64,000 nt of DNA from the NCBI GenBank assembly GCA_052327205.1, contig CM126215.1, positions 20,584,001 through 20,648,000 of the forward strand. The letters run 5' to 3'. Below, one piece after another: positions 13,117 through 23,236 of this stretch. Each line of letters begins with the position of its first letter. Position 1 is the first letter of the stretch. The notes under the pieces are model-generated. The model made no database searches and had not been told where the DNA came from. It saw nothing but the letters and a program-made list of their open reading frames with translations. Source of the DNA: Somniosus microcephalus. Taxonomy: Eukaryota. Made by a program: the position numbers and the translations under genes.

Positions 13117-13530
13117 TTAGTTCATGGAATGTGGTGTCGCTGGCAAGCATTTATTGCCCATCCCTAATTGCCCTTGAGAAGGTGGTGGTGCGCCACCTTC
13201 TTGAACTGCTACAGTCTGTGTGGTGAAGGTACTCCCACAGTGCTGTTCGGGAGGGAGTTCCAGGATTTTGACCCAGCAACTATGAAGGAACGGTGATATA
13301 CTTCCAAGTCAGGATGGTGTGTGACTCGGAGGGGAACTTGGAGGTGGTGGTGTTCCCATGCACCTGCTGCCCTTGTCCTTCTAGGTGGAAGAGGTCGCGG
13401 GTTTGGGAGGTGCCACCGAAGAAGCCTTGGCGAGTTGCTGCAGTGCATCTTGTAGATGGTACACACTGCAGCCATGGTACGCTGGTGGTGGAGGGAGTGA
13501 ATGTTTAAGGTGGTGGATGGGGTGCCAATC
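13117..13530 (-). mobile_element. 3' fragment of the second CR1/L2-group LINE family
   Basis: ORF 13209..13532 reads HSLHHQRTMAAVCTIYKMHCSNSPRLL. Confidence 0.8.
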
Positions 13531-13769
13531 AACTGTACAACTTAAAGATTCACAATCTACCTGGGATTGCGATGCCCAAAACCATACCCACTGTATCTGC
13601 TGTTCCCTATTCTCACATTATCCCTTCCTCTTCCTCAACCATCTACATTTTCTCCATTTCTATCTCTCCTCTCACCCATATATTTTGTTTCTCACTGAAA
13701 TAGAAGTTTTGCCTCTTCCTGGCTCTTCCCTTTTCTGCGTTCCATTCCAGCTTCCAATCTAGTGGTGTA

Positions 13770-14005
13770 TGTGGTGTATGTAACCTGTTCCACCTTAAGA
13801 GAACTACTTTAAGAGATGTACTACTTTCTCTTGGCTGCTGTATACTGTAATACCGGTGGTGACCACACCGGTATATAAACGTTGTGTAGTGATTTGCTGG
13901 GCAGTTCAGCCCTGACCTCCGAATAGTAAAGACCTGTTAAAGTTATTCTTGTTGTCTGTGTCCAGTGATTTATAATAAGCATAACTGGGACACACACACT
14001 CAACA
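13770..14005 (+). repeat. 5' LTR of Gypsy A
   Basis: TGTGGTGTATG...CAACA; direct repeat of 23237-23472; TATA-like tatataa at ~13872. Confidence 0.95.
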
Positions 14006-14743
14006 GTGGCGACGAGTCCGATCTTACCCTGCGGCAGTTTTACATCCAAGGCAGCTTCGTCCTCAGAACGGGCGTCGAGAAGAGGCATCCGCCCTCATCA
14101 TCCTGCTGAGCACCACATCGCATGGGAGGCATCGAGAACCCGGGTTAAAAAGAAAAATTCTGAACACGAAGCCCTCCATCAGCGACAGGCAGTGATCATC
14201 CCTTCTACCACGGTGGTGGGTAAGCCGATCAGCGACACGAGCAGAAAGTCGGCCGCGTTGGCTGTGGAGTAGGGGAGGGAAAACGGAGGAAAAAGGGCGG
14301 AGAACTCGACCGCGGCCGGTGAAAAGGGCCGGGCTGCAATCGGGGCTGAGAGGCGCAGCGACTGGGGCAGCGTTAAGGCCACGAGAACCGTGGAGAACTC
14401 AACCGCAGCCGGTGTAAAGGACCGGCCTGCAAGCGGGGCTGAGAGGCGCAACAGCAGGGGAAGCGTGAATGCCCATGGGAACCGCGGGGGAGCAAAAAGC
14501 AGCGTCGGGGAATTGAGAACCGCTGGGGAGGCGAGAACGGCAGCAGCACGGCAATCGCCATTGCAGCCAGCGGGGGGGAAGAAGGCAAACGCGGGAAGCC
14601 ACCATTGTAGTCGGCGGGGGAAGAAGACGAGCGCGGGAAAAACCGCCAAGCGCGGGAAGCCGCCATTTTAGTAGGCGGGGGAAGAAGACAAGCGCGGGAG
14701 GCCGCCATTTTGGGAAAAAGAAAATTTAAAGAAACTTGCAAGG

Positions 14744-16291
14744 ATGCCTAAACATGATAACATCAATGCTTTTGATAGCGATGTCGAAGATTGGGCCACG
14801 TATGTAGAACGCATGGAAGTTTATTGTAAAGCAAATGAGGTACCAGATGATAAGAAAGCACTAACCTTATTAAACTCAATGGGTGCGAAGACGTACGGGC
14901 TATTGAAGCACCTTGTATCACCAGATAAACCGGCGGATCAGACTTTCGCGAATATTGTTACTGTCCTGAAAAATCATTTAAACCCCACGCCGCTGCTGAT
15001 AGCGGAACGATTTAAATTTTACAGAAGAACGCAGCTGAAAGAAGAAAGCAACGCTGAATTCTTAATTGAACTGCGTAAGCTATCAAAGTACTGTCAGTTT
15101 GGAACAGGACTAGCAGATGCGCTGAGAGATAAACTTGTGTGTGGATTGTTAAAAGAAGGAACACAAAAGCGACTGCTAGAGGAGAATCCTCTATTGCAGC
15201 ATCGCACGAAGCCGCAGCGAGAGGCACTGCGGAAATGCAGCTAAGGTCATCGGAACTCGGCACCAATCAAATGGCCTTGGGTGCAGTAAAGTGTTATCGT
15301 TGTGGAAAGACAACGCACGATCAGAACCAGTGCTGGTTCAAAAATCAGGAATGCAGAAAATGTGGCAGGCTTGGTCACATAGCTAAAGTATGCTGGTCAG
15401 GAAAGAAGACCAGCAACAAAAAGTCACCGCAGGAAAAGTGCAGAAAGGTACACAAGGTGACAGAGAACAGTTCGGATGAACAGAAGTCAGATTCAGACTC
15501 CAGCAGTAAGGAACTGGGTTGTCTAAGAGTACACAATGTGGGTAATGAAGCAGACCTCCAAACTATCTGGGTCACACTTCAGATAGCAGGAGTCCAAGTG
15601 AAGATGGAATTGGACACTGGATCGGCATGGACGGTCATGAATAAGCAAGATTACAAAAGGTTATTCCCACATATTCCCCTACGGGATACGGAGATTGTAT
15701 TGAAAACATACACGGGGCAAAGAGTATACCCCATCGGAAAGATAAAGGTAAAGGTGGTCCACAAGGGCAAAGAAAGCCGAGGAATGGACTTATATGTGCT
15801 ACCTGAGGGAGGTCCACCACTACTGGGACAGGAGTGGATCAGGAGAATAAATATGGACTGGCATTCCTTAAAAGCACTAACGGTAGATTCCGGTGAAAAA
15901 GATGTCAAACCTAAACGATTGTCCAGAATATTGGACGATGCTAAAGAGGTGTTCCAACAGGGACTGGGAACACTGAGAGGAATTACGGCAACCATCAAGG
16001 TTGAAGAACATGCAAACCTGAAATTTTTCAAAGCCAGACCGGTACCTTATGCGATACGACCTGCTGTGGAAGCTGAGCTGGAAGGGCTAGAACGTTCAGG
16101 AGTACTGTCAAAGGTGGACTGGAGTGAATGGGCCACGCTCATTGTTCCCGTCATGAAGCGTTCATCGAGCAACAAGCCGGGGGAACCGGGGAAGGTTCGC
16201 ATTTGTGGAGATTTCAAGATCACTGTTAATCCGGTGCTTCACACGGTGCAATATCCGCTTCCGCGGATTGAGGATATCTTCGCTTCATTGT
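14744..16291 (+). pseudogene. Gypsy A gag (two CCHC knuckles), aspartic protease and RT N-terminus; frameshifted
   Basis: ORFs 14744..15244 and 15139..16296 carry CYRCGKTTHDQNQC, CRKCGRLGHIAKVC, LDTGS, RICGDF and YPLPRIEDIFASL. A ~20-nt deletion near 15187 relative to element B shifts the frame. Confidence 0.92.
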
Positions 16292-17555
16292 TGTAGTGTA
16301 TGTAACCGTCCACCTTTAAGAGAACTATTTTAGGTGTTGCACTACTTTATCTTGGCTGCTGTATACTGTAATACCGGGAGTGACCACACTGGTATATAAG
16401 TGCTGTGTAAGGATTTATTGGGCAGATTCGCCCTGACCTTCGAATAGTAAAGTCCTGTTAAAGTTACTCTTGTAGTCTGTGCATTAATTCACCATATAAC
16501 CCACAGACTTTACAGTGGCGACGAGTTCGATCTTACCCTGCGGCAGCGATACATCCGAAGCAGTTAACGAGCGTCGAGAAGAGGCACCCGCCCTCGTCGT
16601 TCTGCTGAGAGAAGACTCGAGTCTGCAGAGCAAGGAAGAAGGAAGGATTCAGACACGAAGCCTTCCATCAGCAACAGGCTGTTATTGTCCCTTCTGCCAC
16701 GGCGGTGAGTGAGCCGATCAGCCACGAGAAGCAAGTCGGCCACGTTGACTGTGAGTAGGGGGAAAATAAAAAGAAACGGAGGATAAGGGCGGTGAACTCG
16801 ACCACGGTCGGGGGAAAGGAGCCGGACAGAAGTCGGGCCCAGAGGCGCTGAGACTGGGGCAGCGTAGGGCACGGAAGCCGCGGTACAAGCGGGAACGCAG
16901 CCGGTGTGAGAGACCGGGCTACAAGCGGGAATGCAGCCGGTGTGAGAGACCGGGCTACAAGCGGGCTGGGAGACGCCACAGCGTCGTGAGACAGCTAGAC
17001 CGCGACCGGCGAAAAAGGCCGGGCAGCTACCGAGGCCACGAGGCGCTGCGACCGGGATCGTAAGGCGCGGGAAGATATAAAAATAAATAAAACCGCGGAG
17101 AACTCGGCCGCAGCCGGGGGAGGAAAGGACCGGACTGCGAGAGGGCTGGGAGGTGCGATTGGAAGCCGCTGAGGGAGAGACGGGGCCCGAGTGAAGGGGG
17201 AACGGGACCGAGCGAGGGAGACCGAGCGAGATTCCGCCCAGCGGCTGGAACTGTTCGCCGCCAACGGGTTGTCCTCCGCGCCGGTTGCCGGCCGAGAAAA
17301 GGGAACAAGGAACGCACTGAAGCCGGCGCGCAGGCTGCGAACTCCGAAAGCCAGCGGTCGTCGCCCGAAGGAAAGCTTACCCCTCCCGCCAGGGGAAGAA
17401 ACGCGGGAAGCCGCCAGTAGGCGGGGAAGAAGACAGAAGCGGGAAACCGCCATTTTGAAAGTGGGCGGGGAAGAAGACAAGCGCGGGAAACCGCCATTTT
17501 TGGAAAAAAAAAGTAACGAACAAATTCGTTGTGGTTTCTCAAAAAGATAGTGAAG

Positions 17556-20027
17556 ATGCCTAAGCATGGTAACATCAACAACTTCGATTCCGAGGTGGAA
17601 GATTGGGCCATGTACGTAGAACGCATCGAGATATATTGTGAGGCCAATAAAATAGCAGATGATGATGATAAAGCTCTCACCTTATTAAACGCAATGGGGG
17701 CGAAGACATACGGGCTATTGAAGGATCTTCTATCACCAGCTAAACCGGCGGATCAGACTTTCGCTGATATTGTTGCTGCCCTGAAGGATCATTTGAACCC
17801 CACACTGCTGATGTTGGCGGAACGATTCAAATTTTATGCGAGAACGCAACGGAAAGAGGAAAGCAACGCGGAATACTTGGTCGAACTGCGTAGACTAGCG
17901 AAATACTGCCAGTTTGGGGAAAATCTGACAGAGGCATGGAGAGACAAGTTCGTGTGCGGGTTGTCGAAGGAAGGAACACAAAAGCGACTGCTCGAAGAGA
18001 ACGATCTTACACTTGGCAAGGCTGTCCTTATTGCAGCATCACACGAAGCAGCCGCGAGAGGCACTGCGGAAATGCAGCTGAAGGCAGCGGTACTCAGCGT
18101 GGATCAAATGACTTCGGGTACAACAAAATGTTATCGTTGTGGGAAGACAACACACGACCAGAACCAATGCTGGTTTAAAAACCAGGAATGTAGAAAATGT
18201 GGCAAGCTTGGTCACATAGCTAAAGTATGCCGGTCAGGAAAGAAGACCAACAACAGAAAAAAGTCACCGCAGGAAAAGTACAGCAAGGTACACAAGGTGG
18301 CTGAGAAGAGTTCAGATGAACAGAATTCGGATTCAGACCCGAACGGCCAGGAACTGGGTAGTCTGAGAATTCACAATGCGAGTAAGGAAGCTGACCTACA
18401 AACTATCTGGGTCACACTAAAAGTAGCCGGAGTCCAAGTGAAAATGGAATTGGACACAGGATCAGCCCTATCAGTCATAAATCGAAGGGATTACAACCGG
18501 CTATTCTCACATATACCCTTGAGAGATACCAAGATCGTATTGCAGACATACACGGGGCATAAAGTATACCCCATGGGAAAGATACAAGTCAAGGTGAGAG
18601 ACAGGGGCAAAGAACACCAAGGAATGGACTTATATGTACTACCTGAGGGAGGTCCACCACTTCTGGGACGGGAGTGGATCAGGGAGATAAACATGGAATG
18701 GCACTACCTAAAAGCAATAACGAGTGAGAACTCGGTGAAGACAATCAGCTCACACTCTGGAACGGATGATGACAAGACCAGCCCAAGTGCGAAAGACAAG
18801 TCTAAAATGGACTTGCTGACTAAGGTTGGAAAAACGAAGGAGTGCATAAATACTAATGCTTCAAAGGAGAACAAAGTTTCAGAACAGAATTCCACTGAAC
18901 AACAACAACATAGTTTGGCAGAGAATTCTGAGTCTGTCCAGTTTACAGACATGCACAAGTCTGAGGAACACCGGGCTCGAACTCGACTCCATTTCAAATT
19001 ACAACAGCAATTAGAACAATTGAGTTGCCGTCTCGAGCAAGAGATAAAAGCAATGAAAACGTTCTTTGACACAGAGTGGGAGAATCTGGAAAGACAACAG
19101 GAACAGCTGAGGGAGAAAAGGGAGCAGGAGTACACAAACCGTCTGCGCAAGGAGGTCAAACGAATCAAAGCTGATTCGGTTTCTGAAGGTGCGGGCTCTA
19201 ATCTGGTGGAGCAAGATGTTCAGCAACTGAAGGCGCTTGTTAGCAGATTGCAGGCAGAAAAGGCTGAGTTGGTCGCCATGAATTCCGAGCTCCTACTGAA
19301 GTTGGGTGCAGCATCACCGGACGATTCATTTGTGGAAATTCGAATGGTGGAGGCTGCGGATGATGGCGAAGTAGAAACAGCAAAGGAGCCCCAGGGCAAG
19401 GTTATAAACAGCCCTGCAGCTACTGGGAAACGGATGAGGTCAGAAGAGTCAATGGTCAGCCAACTCCTTCATATGCTGAGGGACAAGACTCTGAAATGGA
19501 AACAATTTGGACATGAGTCTAAATCTTCAAAGGAGAGGGGTTGGGAGCTCCCAAAAGTTATTGGAATAGCTGAGGTTGCAACACAGACTGAGAAGATGGC
19601 AGCAGAGCAAACCTTGGATGCCAAAAGTACGCTGATTCACGTCAATGTTGAACAACAGAATGCTGAAACAGCTGCTCCAGTAGAGGGATTGAATAATACA
19701 ATCAATCAATCTCCCAATGAAGTTGAAGTATTGAAATCACGAATGAGGTCAGTAGTAAAAGACTTGCAGGAAGCCCAGAAAAAGCTGGATGAAACTGAAC
19801 GCATGAAGAAGTCTCTTCAGGAAAGATGTCTGGATTTGGAACAAAAGCTGGCTAACGTCCAGCTGGGTATGGAGGAAATAGAAGACCCTCTCGCTGGCCT
19901 AGCTCAGGACGACACCGAATATTACCATGACCTGTTGGACGACACCGAATATTACGATGACCTGCTCTGCCCAGCTTGTGATAAACTCCCAAAGTGCAGA
20001 AACCATGAAGAATCACCTAAAGTCTAA
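17556..20027 (+). CDS. Chimeric ORF (~823 aa): Gag (2x CCHC), aspartic protease, unassigned linker, STK10/SLK coiled coil, optineurin segment with LIR, DNAJC21 zinc-finger start
   Basis: Uninterrupted ORF from ATG 17556 (MPKHGNINN, homologous to A's MPKHDNINA). LDTGS at 18450-18464. Homology to A ends ~18722, after which come FFDTEWENLERQQ, RLQAEKAEL...DSFVEIRM and YDDLLCPACDK. Confidence 0.9.
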   Translation: MPKHGNINNFDSEVEDWAMYVERIEIYCEANKIADDDDKALTLLNAMGAKTYGLLKDLLSPAKPADQTFADIVAALKDHLNPTLLMLAERFKFYARTQRKEESNAEYLVELRRLAKYCQFGENLTEAWRDKFVCGLSKEGTQKRLLEENDLTLGKAVLIAASHEAAARGTAEMQLKAAVLSVDQMTSGTTKCYRCGKTTHDQNQCWFKNQECRKCGKLGHIAKVCRSGKKTNNRKKSPQEKYSKVHKVAEKSSDEQNSDSDPNGQELGSLRIHNASKEADLQTIWVTLKVAGVQVKMELDTGSALSVINRRDYNRLFSHIPLRDTKIVLQTYTGHKVYPMGKIQVKVRDRGKEHQGMDLYVLPEGGPPLLGREWIREINMEWHYLKAITSENSVKTISSHSGTDDDKTSPSAKDKSKMDLLTKVGKTKECINTNASKENKVSEQNSTEQQQHSLAENSESVQFTDMHKSEEHRARTRLHFKLQQQLEQLSCRLEQEIKAMKTFFDTEWENLERQQEQLREKREQEYTNRLRKEVKRIKADSVSEGAGSNLVEQDVQQLKALVSRLQAEKAELVAMNSELLLKLGAASPDDSFVEIRMVEAADDGEVETAKEPQGKVINSPAATGKRMRSEESMVSQLLHMLRDKTLKWKQFGHESKSSKERGWELPKVIGIAEVATQTEKMAAEQTLDAKSTLIHVNVEQQNAETAAPVEGLNNTINQSPNEVEVLKSRMRSVVKDLQEAQKKLDETERMKKSLQERCLDLEQKLANVQLGMEEIEDPLAGLAQDDTEYYHDLLDDTEYYDDLLCPACDKLPKCRNHEESPKV

Positions 20028-20373
20028 GGAACATCGGGAGATGGTGGCGCTACTACGGAAAAAGGAGGACGAGAAGGAGGAACGGCGCATGCAGCTGGCA
20101 GCTGACCGTGGAGCCCAGAGAGTCTCCAAGAAGCAGAAAAGGAAAAGACGAAGCAGAAGATGATGACCATCTGAACCATTATCACCTCTACCAGGTCACG
20201 CACGTGGTCTCTCCGTATGGAGCCAAATCAGTTTGGAAGTAGAAAAACTTCCCAAGGTACTCAAGCTTTTAAAAGTCAACAATGCTGGTTCAGAAGTGAC
20301 GGAAGTTCAAGCTGTTAAGTCCAGTGAAGGACTATTGGATGAGTCACTCCAGCAACATGAACCGACTACACCA

Positions 20374-20483
20374 AGACTGAATCTGTGAACTGTTTTCCGC
20401 AGAGACTGAATCTGTGAACTGTTTCCCGCAGAGACTGAATCTGTGAACTGTTTCCGCAGAGACTACATCTGTGAACTGTTTTT
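20374..20483 (+). repeat. ~29-bp tandem repeat (about 3.8 copies) of the pol stop-codon region
   Basis: Unit agactgaatctgtgaactgttttccgcag starts at 20374, 20403, 20432 and 20460; element A has a single copy at ~23146. Confidence 0.9.
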
Positions 20484-20772
20484 ACATGAAGTTGGATATA
20501 TGTTATGTTTAATGGGGAATAAGTATGTTGTAAGCTAAAAAGGGAGGATTGTAGTGTATGTAACCGTCCACCTTTAAGAGAACTGTTTTAGGTGTTGCAC
20601 TACTTTATCTTGGCTGCTGTATACTGTAATACCGGGAGTGACCACACCGGTATATAAGTGCTGTGTAAGGATTTATTGGGCAGATTCGCCCTGACCTTCG
20701 AATAGTAAAGTCCTGTTAAAGTTACTCTTGTAGTCTGTGCATTAATTCACCATATAACCCACAGACTTTACA

Positions 20773-23160
20773 GTTGTCTGGCGGGAAACACTTCACCAAG
20801 ATAGACCTGGCGCAGGCGTACTTACAGATGGAAGTTGAGGAAGAGTCACGCCAGTATCTCACGATTAACACGCATAGAGGCTTGTATCGGTATAATACTG
20901 GTTTTTGGAGTGGCATCGGCTCCAGCAATTTGGCAGAGGGCCATGGAGCAGGTATTACAGGGAATTCCAGGCACACAATGTTACCTGGACGATATTCTGA
21001 TTACAGGAGATGATGATGAGGAACATCTTGCAAATTTGGAACTGGTGCTCACCAGATTGAAAGAATATGGACTTCGAGTTAACCGCCAGAAATGTGAGTT
21101 CTTTCAGAAGCGGATCTCGTACTGTGGTCAAGTCATTGACCAGGAGGGGCTTCATAAGTCTCCTGACAAGATCGAAGCTGTTGTGAAGGCTCCCGCTCCG
21201 GATAATGTATCCCAGTTGAGGTCGTTCCTAGGGTTGATTAACTATTACCATAAGTTTCTGCCAAATTTATCCACGGTGCTGCACCCGCTGAACGCTCTTT
21301 TGCAGAAGGGAGTACCATGGAAGTGGAGCGAGGACTGTAAGAGGGCCTTTCGCAAAAGCAAGGCATTGATCACCTCCGAGGAAGTGTTGGCTCACTTCAA
21401 CCCAACGCTGCCTATTCGTTTGGCTTGTGATGCTTCTCCATATGGTATTGGGGCAGTACTCTCACACAAGTTGCCAAATGGCCTGGAGAGGCCAGTCGCA
21501 TTCGCATCCAGATCATTGACCTCCGCTGAGCGCAACTATGCTCAGATAGATAGGGAGGCTCTCAGCCTTGTGTGGGGAGTAAAGAAGTTTAATCATTACC
21601 TGCAGGGCCAAAAGTTTACGCTACTGATAGACCACCAGCCGTCGGTATCCATTTTTAACCCTAAGAAGGGTGTTTCGGTGATGACAGCACAGAGGCTCCA
21701 GAGATGGTCCCTTTTCCTAGGGGCACATCAATATCAGATCAAATTCAAAGGTACAAAGCAGCATGGTAATGCTGATGGGCTGTCGCGCCTGCCACTACCT
21801 ACAGAGGAGGAGGCACCGACGGTTGACCCTGTTGAGTTATTTCACTCGACCATCATCGAATGTTTACCAGTCACCAATGCAAGTATTGAAAGAGAAACCA
21901 GGAACGACCCGACACTGTCCCGGGTCTACGAATTGACAGCGAAGGGATGGCCAGCACATGGTGATCCACTGTTACCGGCATTCTCAGCAAGACGAGAACA
22001 GCTGTCCGTCTGTCAAGGAACATTGATGTATGGAACAAGGGTGATTATTCCTCCTAAGTTAAGAGAGAGAGTTCTAAAGGAACTGCATGAAGGTCATCTG
22101 GGGGGAGTCAAGATGAAAAGCCTTGCTAGGGCTTATGTGTGGTGGCCGGGCATCGACCAACAGATAGAGGATCTGACGAAAAGCTGCTCAGGGTGCCAAA
22201 AAGTTCAAAATGCACCTCCGATTGCACCGCTGCATCCATGGGAATGGCGTTCAACCCCATGGCAACGTGTACATATTGACTTTGCTGGTCCATTCATGGA
22301 CTCCATGTTTTTAATTGCGGTGGACGCACATTCTAAATGGCCAGAAGTGATTAAGATGACTACCACTACCTCGGAAAAGACGATCGCGGTGCTAAGAACG
22401 ATATTCGCAAGAAATGGATTGCCAGAACAAATATGTTCAGACAACGGACCGCAGTTCGTGTCAGAAGAATTCCAGAAATTCATGAAGAATGGGGTGAAAC
22501 ATTATACCTCTGCCCCATATCATCCGGCTACAAACGGGTTGGCCGAGAGATTTGTACAAACGTGCAAAAAAGCAATAAAGGCCATGAGCGAAGATCAGAT
22601 TCCACTACAACACAAGGTGGACAATTTCCTACTGGCATATCGAAACGCCACTCATGCAGTGACAAACCAAAGTCCTGCCATGATGTTCTATAACAGGAGG
22701 TTGCGGTCCAGGTTGGACTTGTTAAAACCAAATGTGCGGAGGGAAGTCGAAAACAAACAGTTCCAGCATATAAATAACAAGACCACTCGGAGTTTCGAAA
22801 TAGGACAACCAGTGTTAGCCCGGGACTATAAAAATGAGAAATGGCAATCTGGAACAATTCGGGCCAGACAAGGACCCCTGATGTACAGGGTAGATATTGG
22901 TGAAAATGTAATACGACGTCATGCTGACCAACTGGTAGAATCAAGAACAAGGGCCGAACCCATGGTTACGGCAGAGACAACCGTGGAAGAAGTTAGTGAA
23001 CCTGAAGCATCTACCTCAGAAGTGAATGTACCTGATGATGATGATGTCCAATCCATAAGAGATCAACTAGATGAGTCACCCCAGCAACGAGAATCAGAGA
23101 CCCCCTGAAAGGCGTTATCCAACTCGGATCAGGAGGCCTCCTCAGAGACTGAATCTTTGA
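20773..23160 (+). pseudogene. Gypsy A pol remainder: RT, RNase H, integrase
   Basis: ORFs 20774..21013 and 20835..23108 carry IDLAQAYLQ, YLDD, CDASPYGIGAVL, HHCC (HEGH...CSGC) and DDE (HIDF, SDNGPQF, NGLAER). Frameshifts near 20896 and 23103; native end RLNL* at ~23160. Confidence 0.93.
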
Positions 23161-23236
23161 ACTGTTTTGCATGAAGTTGTATATATATATGTTATGTTAA
23201 ATGGGGATATACACTGTTAAGCTAAAAAGGGAGGAT

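Larger units (their letters stand above)
16292..20772 (+). mobile_element. Non-autonomous Gypsy element 'B' (gag-protease plus captured host cDNA cargo; no RT, RH or IN core), nested in the RT of A
   Basis: 223-bp LTRs at 16292-16514 and 20550-20772 (2 differences); PBS TGGCGACGAG at 16516; PPT AAAAAGGGAGGAT before 20550; 5-bp TSD attgt/gttgt (1 mismatch). It splits A's IFASL|SGGKHF. Confidence 0.95.

Noticed and set aside
14006-14741. Extra ORFs in the Gypsy leaders (also 16515-17680 and 48184-48829)
   Set aside because: GC-rich repetitive leaders, mostly non-ATG starts, with no consistent protein conservation among A, B and C.
17529-20027. The 832-aa ORF as a domesticated Gag-derived host gene or a genuine OPTN locus
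   Set aside because: It is flanked by near-identical LTRs, PBS, PPT and a TSD, is intronless and holds only partial host fragments. The track's start at 17529 is a TTG; the homologous ATG is at 17556.
18723-20027. Cargo as an env-like gene
   Set aside because: No signal peptide, furin site or transmembrane segment is visible, and the region is better explained by cytosolic host coiled-coil proteins.
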